A stretch of DNA of 64,000 nt from Trueperaceae bacterium (lineage in GTDB: Bacteria > Deinococcota > Deinococci > Deinococcales > Trueperaceae). Below are positions 21,646 to 31,762 of the stretch, in pieces. The stretch covers positions 192,246 through 256,245 of the forward strand of contig JBBDRK010000049.1 of the NCBI GenBank assembly GCA_040905465.1. The letters run 5' to 3'. The notes under the pieces are model-generated. The model saw only the letters and a program-made list of their open reading frames with translations, did no database searches and had not been told where the DNA came from. Both the position numbers and the translations under genes were made by a program. How positions within the stretch are numbered: position 1 is the stretch's first letter; every line of letters begins with the position of its first letter.

Positions 21646-22590
21646 CTACAGGCCGATCGAGCTCAGGTACTCCCGGTTGCGCCGTGCGCTCTCCCTGGGA
21701 CTGCCCATCCCCGGCAGAACGTCCTGCTCCACGGTGATCCAGCCGTCGTAGCCGAGACCACGGAGTTTCGCCAGCACCGCCTCGAAGTCCACGCTGCCGC
21801 GGCCCAACTCGCAGAAGACGCCCGCTCCGACCGCGCGCCGGTAATCCCAGCCCTCGACGCGCGCTCGCCCGGCCACCCGCGGATCGCAGTCCTTGAAGTG
21901 AACGTAGCTTATCCGCTCGCCGAAGGCGTCGATCGCTTCCAATACGGACCCGGCCTCGTCGGCGCCGGTGCCGTAGAGGAAGTGCCCGGTGTCGAACACG
22001 ATGTCGAGCTCGCCGGGATCGGTGAGGTCGAGCAGCCGTTCGATCTCCGCCGGGGTCTCCACGAAACCGGCGCAGTGGGGGTGGAACACTGTGCGCAGGC
22101 CCGTCTCGCCCTGCACCGCCGCCGCGATCTCACCTGCCCCTCGCGCGAATGTGCGCCACTGGTCGTCGTCCAGCGACATCTCGGGGGTCACTCGGCCGGC
22201 GTTGTCGAATCGTTGCCGGTTGCGACCGTTGTCGTCGGCGAGAACCAGCAGCGGCTGCCAGTTCGTATCGCCCAGATCGGCGACCGCGGCAAGCAGGCGT
22301 GCGTTGCGAAGAAGCCGCGCCTTGCCGCCGGCATGTTCCTCCGGATCGACAAGCCTGACTCCCTCGAATCCGCCCAGCATGGTGAGTTGCCGCCGCCCCA
22401 GCTCTTCGCGCAACAGCTCCGCGTCGGTGGGCATGAAGCCGTAGTCGCCCAGCTCCGTGCCGTGATAACCGCACGCCACCAGCTCGTCGAGCATCCGCGA
22501 GTAGGAAACGCGCTCCCCCGCGCCTCCCTCGATGTTGTCCTCGATCGTGCCCCACGAACAGGGCGCGTTGCCTACCCTGCGCGTCGTCAC
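21646..22590 (-). CDS. iolE: Myo-inosose-2 dehydratase (TIM barrel)
   Basis: NAPCSWG, GTELG, HPH...VET, DTGH, HFKD, VEQD. GTGA-coupled to iolB. Confidence 0.82.
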   Translation of the reverse strand: MTTRRVGNAPCSWGTIEDNIEGGAGERVSYSRMLDELVACGYHGTELGDYGFMPTDAELLREELGRRQLTMLGGFEGVRLVDPEEHAGGKARLLRNARLLAAVADLGDTNWQPLLVLADDNGRNRQRFDNAGRVTPEMSLDDDQWRTFARGAGEIAAAVQGETGLRTVFHPHCAGFVETPAEIERLLDLTDPGELDIVFDTGHFLYGTGADEAGSVLEAIDAFGERISYVHFKDCDPRVAGRARVEGWDYRRAVGAGVFCELGRGSVDFEAVLAKLRGLGYDGWITVEQDVLPGMGSPRESARRNREYLSSIGL

Positions 22591-23438
22591 CTTCCGGTTC
22601 CCTCCAGCGGAATACGCAGCCGTTCGGCGGCGCCCTCCCAGCTCCCGCGCACCCAGGCGAGCTGCGGCTCGTCGCGAGCGATCCACGACGGCGTCTCGCC
22701 GGCCAGGAAGTTCAGGTAGTAGCAGTCGTAGCCGGGAGCTGTCACTACCGGGTGGTATCCCTGGCGCACCAGGACGGTGTCCCCGTGCTGCGCCAACACC
22801 ACCTCGTCGAGCGAGCGGTCGTCGTTGTAGAGCCGCTGCAGCGCCCAGCCGTCGTGCGGCTGCACCCGGTAGTGGTAGATCTCCTCGAGGTCGACCTCGT
22901 CGGGAGGCGCCTGGACGTCGTGCTTGTGCGGCGGGTAGGAGCTCCAGTTTCCCGACGGCGTGTAGACCTCCACGCACAACAGGTGCTCGGCGGCACCCGG
23001 ATCGAGGATGTGGCTGATCTGCCGAGTGGCGTTGTGGCCACCGCGGATCTCCACCTTCACGTCCTCGGGGCGGATGAGCCGCGGAGGGAGCAGGCCGTCG
23101 GCCGGGGCGCCGGCGAACGCTACCTCCATGTCGGAGTCCGCTCGGATCCGGTAGCTCTCGCCGGGCGGCAAATAGACGGCGAAGGGCAAACCGGCGAACA
23201 CGTCGCGGCGGCCCTGGACGCTCCACGAGTTGCCGGCCGCCTCTACCGTGGCGTCGCCGGACATGAACACGAGGCACAACTCGCTCCCGCCGGTTTCGCC
23301 CTCGATCGTGGCGCCGGCGCGGTGGCGTTCTACCCGGAAATCGAGGCTGTGCCAGCCCGCCCTCTCGGGGGTAACGTGCACCAGCGACTTGCCTTCGGCC
23401 GCGGCCGCGATCTTGTGCTCGGTTCTGGTATCTGTCAT
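22587..23438 (-). CDS. iolB: 5-deoxy-glucuronate isomerase
   Basis: EVYTPSGNWSSYPPHKHD, LEEIY, GYHPV, YYLN. Confidence 0.95.
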   Translation of the reverse strand: MTDTRTEHKIAAAAEGKSLVHVTPERAGWHSLDFRVERHRAGATIEGETGGSELCLVFMSGDATVEAAGNSWSVQGRRDVFAGLPFAVYLPPGESYRIRADSDMEVAFAGAPADGLLPPRLIRPEDVKVEIRGGHNATRQISHILDPGAAEHLLCVEVYTPSGNWSSYPPHKHDVQAPPDEVDLEEIYHYRVQPHDGWALQRLYNDDRSLDEVVLAQHGDTVLVRQGYHPVVTAPGYDCYYLNFLAGETPSWIARDEPQLAWVRGSWEGAAERLRIPLEGTGR

Positions 23439-23463
23439 CTGGGCTCCCCTCTTCGTTTCAACT

Positions 23464-24507
23464 CTAGTTGCCGGCGACGTCAACGTCCGCCACCCGGACG
23501 GGCTGGCCGCTCCGCAAGCTGCGGGTGGCGGCGACCGCTACCCGCAACGACTCGACCGCGTCGCGGCTGCCCGGTTCGGGTCGGCGACCTTGGCGCACGG
23601 CGTCGACGAACGACTGCACTTCCAGGCGATAAGCGTCGCGGAAGCGCTCGATGAAGTAGTAGACGTAGTCACCGCGAATGCCGCCCTGGTCGTAACGCCA
23701 CACGTTGGTGGCGCGCTCGGCCTCTGTTACCAGCTTTCCGCCCTGACAGTGCACCTCTACGCGCAGATCGTAGCCGAAGACGGTGCGACGGGTGTTCTGC
23801 AGCACTCCGATCGGGCCTGCCGCGGATTCCCCGGCGGAGCCCTCGGCAGCGAACTCCAGGGTCAGGACGCTGGTATCGATGTCGCCCAGCTCGCCCAGGT
23901 ACGGCTCCACCAGCACCCGGCCCAGGGCGGTCACCCTCTCCACCTCGCCCACCACGAAGCGTGCGGTGTCGATGTCGTGGATCACCGAATCGAGGAAGAT
24001 ACCGCCGGAGACGGCTGCGTACTCTCGCGGTGGCGGGCTGGGGTCGGAGGATTGGCTGCGAAACATCTCCACCCGGCCCAACTCGCCGGCGTGAACCGCT
24101 CGCGCCAGCTCTGCGTACCCGGGATCGAAGCGGCGGTTGAAGCCGATCTGAAAGGGCACTCCGGCACGCTCGACCGCGTCCATCGCCTCGACCGTCTCCG
24201 CCAGGTCCAGGGCTATCGGTTTCTCGCAGAAGATCGCCTTGCCGGCGGCCGCTGCCGCTTTCACCTGCTCGGCATGAAGCGATGTCGGCGAGGCGATCAG
24301 CACGGCGTCGATGGTGCCGTCGGCGAGTATGCGGTCGACGTCGCCGGTAGCGTAGGCGTTGCCGAAGCCGGCCCTCTCGGCGGCCTGGCGGTCGGCATCC
24401 ATGACCGCGACCAGGTGGGCGCCGTCTATTGAACCGGCTATGTGCCGAGCGTGCAGGCCGCCTATGCGTCCCGCGCCGATCACCCCGAATCCCAGCGACG
24501 CCTTCAA
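23464..24507 (-). CDS. iolG: Inositol 2-dehydrogenase (Gfo/Idh/MocA)
   Basis: GAGRIG, CEKP, GFNRRFDP, SGGIFLDSVIHDID. TTGA-coupled start. Confidence 0.85.
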   Translation of the reverse strand: MKASLGFGVIGAGRIGGLHARHIAGSIDGAHLVAVMDADRQAAERAGFGNAYATGDVDRILADGTIDAVLIASPTSLHAEQVKAAAAAGKAIFCEKPIALDLAETVEAMDAVERAGVPFQIGFNRRFDPGYAELARAVHAGELGRVEMFRSQSSDPSPPPREYAAVSGGIFLDSVIHDIDTARFVVGEVERVTALGRVLVEPYLGELGDIDTSVLTLEFAAEGSAGESAAGPIGVLQNTRRTVFGYDLRVEVHCQGGKLVTEAERATNVWRYDQGGIRGDYVYYFIERFRDAYRLEVQSFVDAVRQGRRPEPGSRDAVESLRVAVAATRSLRSGQPVRVADVDVAGN

Positions 24508-26381
24508 GGCACCCTCTGCTTCCGGCGCTGCCGGTCGTAATCGCGCTTGGCCCGCTGCACGCTCTCCTGCGACGTAATCTCGGCGATCGGCACGTCCCAC
24601 CAGCCTTCGAACGAGGGTATCCGCCTGTCGGGATCGACCGGCACCACGATCACCGTGACCGTGTCGGCGTCGCCGGCCTCGGCGAGCGCACGCCGCAAAT
24701 CATGCTCGTTGTCCGCCGCCAGCGCCGTGGCACCCAGCGAGCGCGCATGGGCAACGAAGTCGACGGGTACGTACTCGCCGTCGAGGCGGCCGCTCCCTGG
24801 ATCGCGATAGCGCAGTTCATTGATGAACGAAGGCGTGCCGGAGGCCAACTGCAGCCGGTGGATCGATTGGAAGCCGCGGTTGTCCACGAGCACCACCGTG
24901 AATCGCAGACCCTCGGCCACTGCCGTTACAATCTCGCTGTTGAGCATCAGGTAGGTGCCGTCGCCGATGAACACCACGACCTCGCGCTCCGGCTCGGCCA
25001 GTTTGATCCCCAGGCCGGCCGGTATCTCGTAGCCCATGCAGGAGAAGCCGTACTCCAGGTGGTACGCCTTGGGGTCCTCCGGCCGCCACAGCTTCAGCAG
25101 GTCGCCCGGCATGCTGCCGGCGGCGCAGACAACCGAGGCGTGCCCACCGACGGCATCGTTGACGATCCCCATCACCTCGCTTTGCGCCAGGCGCTGCGGG
25201 TCTCGGACGACCCGCAGGTCGTCCACCGCACGCCGCCACTCGCCGTTCAGCTCGGAGACCCGCTCGCGATACTCGGCCGCCGTGCCCTGATAGTCCGCCG
25301 CGGCCAGGAACTCGTGCAGCGCCTCCAGACCACGTCGGGCGTCGGCCACCAGCGCAACCGAACGCAGCTTGTGGGCGTCGGCAGGCGCGACGTTCAAAGA
25401 GACGAAGTGAACGGCGGGATCCTGGAAGGCGGTCTTGGATGCTGTCGCGAAATCACCCAGCCGGGTTCCGACCGCAAGCACCAGATCTGCGCTGCTGGCC
25501 AACCTGTTGGCGGCCAGACCGCCGTTGGCGCCGACAGGGCCCGCGTTCATCGGGTGATCCCAGGCCAGCGCACCCTTTCCCGCTTGCGTCTCGCATACCG
25601 GTATGTCGTAGTCGGCGGCCAACGCGGCGAGCTCGGCGCCGGCCCCCGAGTAGATGACGCCGCCACCAGCCACGATCAGCGGCCTACGCGACTGCTGCAA
25701 CAGACGTGCGGCCCGGGCGAGAGGTTCGGGCTCGGGTACCGGCCGCCGCACTCGCCAGACGCGCCGTTCGAAGAACTCCGCCGGCCAGTCGTACGCCTCG
25801 GTCTGCACGTCCTCGGGCAGTGCCACCGTCACCGCTCCCGTTTCTACCGGATCCGTCAGTACGCGCATGGCCTCGGGGAGGGCGGAGAGAAGCTGATCGG
25901 GACGGCTGATTCGGGTGAAGAACCGCGACACCGGTCGGAAGGCGTCGTTGACGCTCACGTCGTGCTCGCTCGGGTGCTCGAGCTGCTGCAGAACCGGGTC
26001 CGGTATGCGGTTGGCGAAGTAGTCGGAGGGGAATAGCAAAACTGGCAACCGGTTGATGGTTGCGCCCGCGGCGGCGGTGAGCATATTCGTCGAGCCGGGG
26101 CCGATCGAGGCGGTGCAGGCGAAGGTCGCCAGCCGGTCCTTGTGCTTGGCGAAGGCCGCGGCGGCATGGACCATACCCTGCTCGTTCTGCGGACGGTAGG
26201 TGGGCAAGCCGGCCTCGTGCCCCAGCTCCTGCAGGGCCTGGCCCAGGCCGGTCACGTTGCCGTGGCCGAGGATCGCCCAGCAGCCGGGGATGAGCCGCTG
26301 CTCCACCCCGTCGCGTTCGCTGTACTGTGCCGCCAGGAAGCGAACAATCGCCTGCCCGACGGTAAGGCGTTCGGTAGTCAA
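24504..26381 (-). CDS. iolD: 3D-(3,5/4)-trihydroxycyclohexane-1,2-dione acylhydrolase
   Basis: RLTVGQA, GHGNV, NEQGM, SIGPG, EYGFSCMGYEI, GDGTY ThDP motif, WWDVP. TTGA-coupled start. Confidence 0.95.
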   Translation of the reverse strand: MTTERLTVGQAIVRFLAAQYSERDGVEQRLIPGCWAILGHGNVTGLGQALQELGHEAGLPTYRPQNEQGMVHAAAAFAKHKDRLATFACTASIGPGSTNMLTAAAGATINRLPVLLFPSDYFANRIPDPVLQQLEHPSEHDVSVNDAFRPVSRFFTRISRPDQLLSALPEAMRVLTDPVETGAVTVALPEDVQTEAYDWPAEFFERRVWRVRRPVPEPEPLARAARLLQQSRRPLIVAGGGVIYSGAGAELAALAADYDIPVCETQAGKGALAWDHPMNAGPVGANGGLAANRLASSADLVLAVGTRLGDFATASKTAFQDPAVHFVSLNVAPADAHKLRSVALVADARRGLEALHEFLAAADYQGTAAEYRERVSELNGEWRRAVDDLRVVRDPQRLAQSEVMGIVNDAVGGHASVVCAAGSMPGDLLKLWRPEDPKAYHLEYGFSCMGYEIPAGLGIKLAEPEREVVVFIGDGTYLMLNSEIVTAVAEGLRFTVVLVDNRGFQSIHRLQLASGTPSFINELRYRDPGSGRLDGEYVPVDFVAHARSLGATALAADNEHDLRRALAEAGDADTVTVIVVPVDPDRRIPSFEGWWDVPIAEITSQESVQRAKRDYDRQRRKQRVP

Positions 26382-27163
26382 GGTATCTCCTCCATCAGAG
26401 CGTGATTCGCTTCCGTCACCGCGGCGTAAAGTTCGAGCACCGCCGCGATGTCTTCGTGCGCCGACACGGCTTCGACCCGTGCCTGCAGGCGCTCGTCGCC
26501 GTTCGCCGGAGCCACCGCCACGCCGCACAACTCGAGCCAGGGCAGGTCGCCGACGCTGTCGCCAATGCCGGCAACCTCGCCGGTCGATACGCCGACCTCT
26601 TCCGCAAGCCACCGCAACCCCAGGCCCTTGTCGACCCCCGGCACCAGTATGTTCACGCACTCGTGCGCCGGATCGATCAGCAGCTCCAGTCCGTGGCGCT
26701 CCAGGAGCTCCGCCACGGTCCGCTCGACGTCGGCGATACGCGCTGTTGGCTCAGCGGGAAACACCGTGAGCGAGGCGCTCTTTCCCGGCTGGACGGTCAA
26801 CCCGGGCAGCCGCGCCAGTTCGGTCGCCAGCTTGGCGAGCGCCCCGCGGCCGCGCTCGACTTCCTGACGATAGCGCGCGTGGTAAGGCGAGCGCACCGCC
26901 AGGCCGGCACCATTTTCGAATATCGCCGGCACGGTGATGTCGAGCAGCTGCATTAGAGCGTCGACATAAGGGTGCGGCCGTCCGCTGAGGATGGTCAGGG
27001 GCGGCACCGCGCGCTCTATGCGGCTCCGCCGGTTGAGTTCCGCCAGTCGGGCAAGCGCCGCCAGGTCGTAACTGGCGTGCTCGACGGGCACGAGGCAACC
27101 ATCGATATCGACGACAAGGAGCCGAATCGGTGCGCTCAGGCGCCCGGTATCGATGAGTGGCAT
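26378..27163 (-). CDS. HAD-superfamily (IIB/Cof-like) phosphatase
   Basis: DIDG, SGR, ENG, DKG, GDSVGD. Translationally coupled to iolD. Confidence 0.85.
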   Translation of the reverse strand: MPLIDTGRLSAPIRLLVVDIDGCLVPVEHASYDLAALARLAELNRRSRIERAVPPLTILSGRPHPYVDALMQLLDITVPAIFENGAGLAVRSPYHARYRQEVERGRGALAKLATELARLPGLTVQPGKSASLTVFPAEPTARIADVERTVAELLERHGLELLIDPAHECVNILVPGVDKGLGLRWLAEEVGVSTGEVAGIGDSVGDLPWLELCGVAVAPANGDERLQARVEAVSAHEDIAAVLELYAAVTEANHALMEEIP

Positions 27164-27188
27164 GCGGCCGGATCGTTCCACCGGCAGG

Positions 27189-28385
27189 CTACTCGCCCTG
27201 CGCGGCCGGCAGCAGGTAGATGCCGGCGGGCCGGAAAACGACCCTGACCTCCTGGCCCCGGGCAAGCTCGGACCTCCCCTCACCAGTGACGCTGGCGTTC
27301 AGTTCACCCACCGCGGTCTCGAGCACCACGTCGGTAGCGAGTCCCAGGTAGCCGACACTCTTCACCGTTGCTTCCAGTCCGTTCACCTTTGGAGCCGACT
27401 CGTGGGAACGCTCCGCCTGAGATCGCACCGCTTCGTGATCCGCCACGCCGCCGCCCGCGGCACCGTCAACGTCGGGGTCGGAAGTTGCGTCGGAAGTTGC
27501 GTCGGGCTCGTCCCCGTCCAGCACCACTCGCACCGCTTCGGGCCGCACCATCACGCTCACCTCGCCGGCGCTTACCGCCTGCGGATGTCTGAAGCTGTAA
27601 TCGGCCACCCGCACGCTCTCGCCGTCGTAACTGCCGGGCAGGAAGCTGGCCGATCCGATGAAGTCGGCCACGAACCTGTTCACCGGCCGGGTGTAGAGCT
27701 CGAACGGCGAGCCCGTCTGCTGCACCTGCCCCTGATGCATGACCACGATCACGTCGCTTATGGCCAGCGCCTCCTCCTGGTCGTGAGTCACGTAGACGCT
27801 GGTGATTCCCAGCCGCTGCTGCAGGTCGCGGATGTCCTGGCGCACACGCCGCCGCAGCTTGGCGTCGAGGTTGGAGAGGGGCTCGTCGAACAGCAGCACG
27901 CGCGGCTGCATCACCAGCGCCCGGGCCAGCGCCACCCGTTGTTGCTGGCCGCCCGACAACTCGGCTGAGCTGCGCCTCTCCAACCCCTGCATGCCCACCA
28001 TCTCCAGCGCTTCGTCCACCCGCCGCGCCAGGTCGGCGCCGGACACGCGGGCCACGCGCAGGCCGTAGGCCACGTTGTCGAACACGTTCATGTGCGGGAA
28101 CAGCGCGTAACTCTGGAAGACCATGGTCACGTCGCGCAGGTTGGCGGGCAGGCGAGTGACGTCCTGGTCGTCGATCAGGATCCGGCCGGAGCTGGCTCGC
28201 TCGAGCCCCGCGATCATCCGCAGCGTGGTGGTCTTGCCGCAACCGGACGGCCCGAGCAGGGTCACGAGCGACCCCGGCTCGATCGCCAGGTCCAGCGCGT
28301 CGACCGCCACGACGTCGCCGCCGAAGCGCTTGGTCACCCCTTCGAGCCTGACCGGTGCCGGTTCGTTTGCCTGCGTCAGCGTCAC
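27189..28385 (-). CDS. ABC ATPase, AfuC/FbpC type
   Basis: GPSGCGKT, LSGGQQQR, DEPLSNLD, TOBE-like C-terminus with an acidic insertion. Confidence 0.92.
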   Translation of the reverse strand: MTLTQANEPAPVRLEGVTKRFGGDVVAVDALDLAIEPGSLVTLLGPSGCGKTTTLRMIAGLERASSGRILIDDQDVTRLPANLRDVTMVFQSYALFPHMNVFDNVAYGLRVARVSGADLARRVDEALEMVGMQGLERRSSAELSGGQQQRVALARALVMQPRVLLFDEPLSNLDAKLRRRVRQDIRDLQQRLGITSVYVTHDQEEALAISDVIVVMHQGQVQQTGSPFELYTRPVNRFVADFIGSASFLPGSYDGESVRVADYSFRHPQAVSAGEVSVMVRPEAVRVVLDGDEPDATSDATSDPDVDGAAGGGVADHEAVRSQAERSHESAPKVNGLEATVKSVGYLGLATDVVLETAVGELNASVTGEGRSELARGQEVRVVFRPAGIYLLPAAQGE

Positions 28386-30598
28386 GGGACCACCTCTCCT
28401 GACCCCAACCCGCGCTTTCGCGTCAACAACATCAGTAGCAGAATGACGGTGAGCATCGTCATGATCAATAGAGTACCCATTGCCGCGGCCCTGCCTATCT
28501 GACCCTGTTCGACCCAGCCGAGCAGGAGCACGGTGGTCAGCATGTTGCCCGGGCTCACCACGAATATCACCTGGCTGATGGCGGTCATCGCCCGCACGAA
28601 GGCGAAGATGAGGCCGGCGACCAGCGGAATTATCAGCAGCGGGATGAGCACCAGGCGCAGCGTCCGGCCGGTGCTCGCCCCCAAGGTGGTGGAGGCCTCT
28701 TCGAGGCTCGGGTCGATCTGGGCCAGTCCGGCAACGCCTCCGCGGATGGCAACCGGCATGTTCCGAAAAATGAACGCCAGGACGATGATTACCGCGCTCG
28801 ACGTCAACAGCCAGGGCCCGGTGTTGAAGGCGAGGATGTAAGCCACCCCCATCACCGTGCCGGGAGTCGCGAACGACAGCATGGAGCCGAACTCGAGGAA
28901 GCGCCGGCCCCAGAAGTTCTGACGCACTACCAGGTAGGCGATCAGGAATCCGAGCAGCGCTGCCGGCACCGCGCTGATAGCGGCGATGCGAGCGGTGTAG
29001 AGGAACACCGGTATGCCGGTGTTGGACAGGTCGCGCCAGTGCCTGAGGGTAAGGGTGCTATTGACGCCCCAGAGCTGCACGAACGAGCCGTAGACGATGG
29101 ACGCGTAGAGGCCGATCACGGCGACAGCCCACAGGACGAAGCCGACCAGGAGCGTTACCTCGAGCGCCCGTGGCAATGGCGAGAAGCCTCCCAGCGACGG
29201 CTTGCCGGTAACCGTCACGAACGAGCTCTGGCCCAGCCAGCGGCTCTGGGCGTAGAACACCAGAAGGACGATGATCAGGAGGACCACGCCGTAGACCGCG
29301 GCCTCGCTCGGGTCGAAGCGCGCAGCGAAGGCGGAGAAGACCTCGGTGGCCAGGTAGTTGCGGTCCCCGCCGAGGATGAGCGGGTTGCCGAAGTCGGCGA
29401 ACGATTCGATGGTGCTCAGCAGGAATGCGTTCGCCAGTCCGGGCCGCAGCAGCGGCCAGGTAATGGTCCGGAAGGTGTGCCAGCGGCTCGCCCCGAGCGT
29501 GACCGACGCCTCCTCCAGCGCGGCGTTGAGACCGGCAACCGACCCCTGGATGACCAGGTAGGCGATGGGGGTGAAAGCCAGTATCTGGGCCAGCGCGACG
29601 CCTGGGAGACCGAAAATCCAGCTGTTCGACATCCCGAGCATGTCGTGGGTCAACAGCCCGCGGCGGCCGAGGAGGAAGATCATCGCGAAGGCCAGGATGA
29701 ACGGTGGCGTGATTATAGGGAGCAGGCTGATGGCGCTCATCGACCTGCGTACGAAGGCGATCCTGGTGCGCTGACCGAGCAGGGCGAAGGCGAGGCCCAG
29801 CACGGTGGAGACGGTGGCCGCGATTACGGCCAACAGCAAGCTGGTCGCGATTGCTCCGCGCCCGAAGAGCATCACGCCCACTACCAGGCCGGCGACTCCG
29901 CCACCTGACACCATCAGTAACGCTCGAGACAGGGCGGCCCGCCTGAACAGCGCCCAGGCCAGGAAGGCGGCGGCCCCGACCGGGATGCCCGACATCGCCA
30001 ACGCGAACTCGCTCCGCTCGGTAAAGGGGTTCTCCAGGAACAGGAAGCGTGGGCCGCTGATCGTGGCCAGGATCTTCTCGAAGGTGAAGCGGCCGTCTAT
30101 CACCACCGCCGTCTGCAGCACCGTGAACAGCGGATAGATGATCAGCAGCACGATCAGCAGGGCCACGAACAGGATGCTCGAGGCGATGAAAGGGTCGCCC
30201 TGGACGCGGCCGGACAGGCTCAACCCGTAGCCGCCGACGACCACCAGCGCGGCGAGAGTGAAGACCGCACCCAGACCGAAGGGCACGCCTGTCGCGATCA
30301 GCCAGCCGCTACCGGCTACGAACCCCGTGGTACCGGTCAGGATGAGGATGTTGCCGCGCCGGGTCGAATCCAGCGGCAGCAGGGCCGCGGCCAGCGCCAC
30401 GACAGACATGAGCGGCACCAGCCATAACCAGGGGCCGTCGAGGTTCCACGGCCTGAAGGCCGGGTCGATGGTCAGGAATGCCCGTCCGGGACGGCCGAAA
30501 GGTAGAGCGAGGAAGAATACCAGCGATGAGAGCGCAAATATCCAGGCGGAACTGGTGGTCGCCAAGGAGCGTGACTGGATGATCGAGCGGACGGCCAA
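28382..30598 (-). CDS. Fused double ABC permease, AfuB/FbpB type
   Basis: Two EAA loops (LEEASVTLGA, LEEASTTLGA), ITPPF, DFGNP. Confidence 0.9.
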   Translation of the reverse strand: MAVRSIIQSRSLATTSSAWIFALSSLVFFLALPFGRPGRAFLTIDPAFRPWNLDGPWLWLVPLMSVVALAAALLPLDSTRRGNILILTGTTGFVAGSGWLIATGVPFGLGAVFTLAALVVVGGYGLSLSGRVQGDPFIASSILFVALLIVLLIIYPLFTVLQTAVVIDGRFTFEKILATISGPRFLFLENPFTERSEFALAMSGIPVGAAAFLAWALFRRAALSRALLMVSGGGVAGLVVGVMLFGRGAIATSLLLAVIAATVSTVLGLAFALLGQRTRIAFVRRSMSAISLLPIITPPFILAFAMIFLLGRRGLLTHDMLGMSNSWIFGLPGVALAQILAFTPIAYLVIQGSVAGLNAALEEASVTLGASRWHTFRTITWPLLRPGLANAFLLSTIESFADFGNPLILGGDRNYLATEVFSAFAARFDPSEAAVYGVVLLIIVLLVFYAQSRWLGQSSFVTVTGKPSLGGFSPLPRALEVTLLVGFVLWAVAVIGLYASIVYGSFVQLWGVNSTLTLRHWRDLSNTGIPVFLYTARIAAISAVPAALLGFLIAYLVVRQNFWGRRFLEFGSMLSFATPGTVMGVAYILAFNTGPWLLTSSAVIIVLAFIFRNMPVAIRGGVAGLAQIDPSLEEASTTLGASTGRTLRLVLIPLLIIPLVAGLIFAFVRAMTAISQVIFVVSPGNMLTTVLLLGWVEQGQIGRAAAMGTLLIMTMLTVILLLMLLTRKRGLGSGEVVP

Positions 30599-30624
30599 AA
30601 CAGACTCCTGGAGCGTGAAATAGG

Positions 30625-30671
30625 GCGTCCCGCCGCCGACCCCGGTTCAGCCCGGGTCGACGGCGGGACGC
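30625..30671 (-). terminator. Intercistronic hairpin after SBP gene
   Basis: gcgtcccgccgccgaccc...gggtcgacggcgggacgc inverted repeat. Confidence 0.6.
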
Positions 30672-30678
30672 AGCAGGG

Positions 30679-31686
30679 CTAACGGGGAACCGGGAAGATT
30701 TCGTTCGTCCAACGTGAGACTATGCGATCACGCACCTCGGGGTCGCCGAACTGCTCGAAGTCGTAGTCGATCAGGTTGAGGCTGTCGAGGTCGGGTGAAG
30801 CCGGATGAACCGGAGTGTTCCGGTTCGACTGCACCTGATACGACTCGCCACTCTCGGCGGCGATGAGTTGCGCTTCCGGGGTGAGCGCCCACTCGATGAA
30901 ACGGGTCGCGGCGTCGCGGTTCGGCGCGCCCTCTATCAGGCTGAGGCCGCCGATTTCGAAACCGGTCCCCTCACAGGGCGCGATGTTGGTGAGCGGAAAG
31001 CCCTGCTCGGCGAACTTCACCCCGTCGTGCAGGAACTGGATGGCGATGGCAACGTCGCCGCGTCCGGCCAACTGTCCCGGCGCGCTGCCAGAACGGGTGT
31101 ACTGCTGGATGTTCTGGTGCAGTTCACCCAGGTACTCGAACGCCTCGTCCTCGCCCATTATCTGCACCAGGGTGGCGATGGTGGTGTACGAGGTGCCGGA
31201 GGAGTTCGGGTCGGACATCGCGATCAGGTCCTTGTAGGCGGGATTGGTGAGATCCTCCCAGCAGCGGGGCACGGGTGCACCCTCTTCCTCGAGCACGCCC
31301 TCGTTCACGACGAAGCCGATGGCGCCGGTATAGAGCGGGATGTAGGTCTCGCCCACGGCGTTGGTCAGGCTCGGCAGCAGCTCGTCCCAGGCCGACGGTT
31401 TGTAGAACTCGGTGACACTTTCGTGGAACGCCACGAGGTGGGGGTCGCCGGTCCCGCCGAACCATACGTCGAAGACGGGGTTGGCGGCCTCGGCGCGCAA
31501 CCGGGCGAGCGCCTCGCTGGAACTGAGTCGCACGAATTCCAGATCGATGCCGGTGGCCTGCTCGAAGGCTGGGCCGAGGGCCTCACACCAGGCGAGGTCG
31601 GGGCTGCACAGCACGTTCACGCGTTGGGCGAACGCGCTGCCTGCCAACACCAGGAATAGCGCCAGAACGAGGGACAAGCGTTTCAT
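30679..31686 (-). CDS. AfuA-like sugar-phosphate-binding ABC protein
   Basis: Signal peptide, RLSSSE, DVWFGGTGDPH, SSGTSY, FLHD, PCEGTGFEIGG. Confidence 0.82.
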   Translation of the reverse strand: MKRLSLVLALFLVLAGSAFAQRVNVLCSPDLAWCEALGPAFEQATGIDLEFVRLSSSEALARLRAEAANPVFDVWFGGTGDPHLVAFHESVTEFYKPSAWDELLPSLTNAVGETYIPLYTGAIGFVVNEGVLEEEGAPVPRCWEDLTNPAYKDLIAMSDPNSSGTSYTTIATLVQIMGEDEAFEYLGELHQNIQQYTRSGSAPGQLAGRGDVAIAIQFLHDGVKFAEQGFPLTNIAPCEGTGFEIGGLSLIEGAPNRDAATRFIEWALTPEAQLIAAESGESYQVQSNRNTPVHPASPDLDSLNLIDYDFEQFGDPEVRDRIVSRWTNEIFPVPR

Positions 31687-31762
31687 CGGTAACCTCCCAG
31701 GAGAGAAATGATGCCTGATGTCGAAGGATTGCTTGGTGGAGTCGAGTTGTAGTTACCAGAGC

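Noticed and set aside
20026-22719. 897-aa plus-strand ORF and many other long alternative ORFs
   Set aside because: These are antisense or off-frame shadows of real genes, expected in high-GC DNA, and show no motifs.
27189-31686. Ferric-iron ABC transporter
   Set aside because: The SBP lacks the FbpA tandem-Tyr iron ligands, has AfuA-type motifs, and sits in an iol operon.
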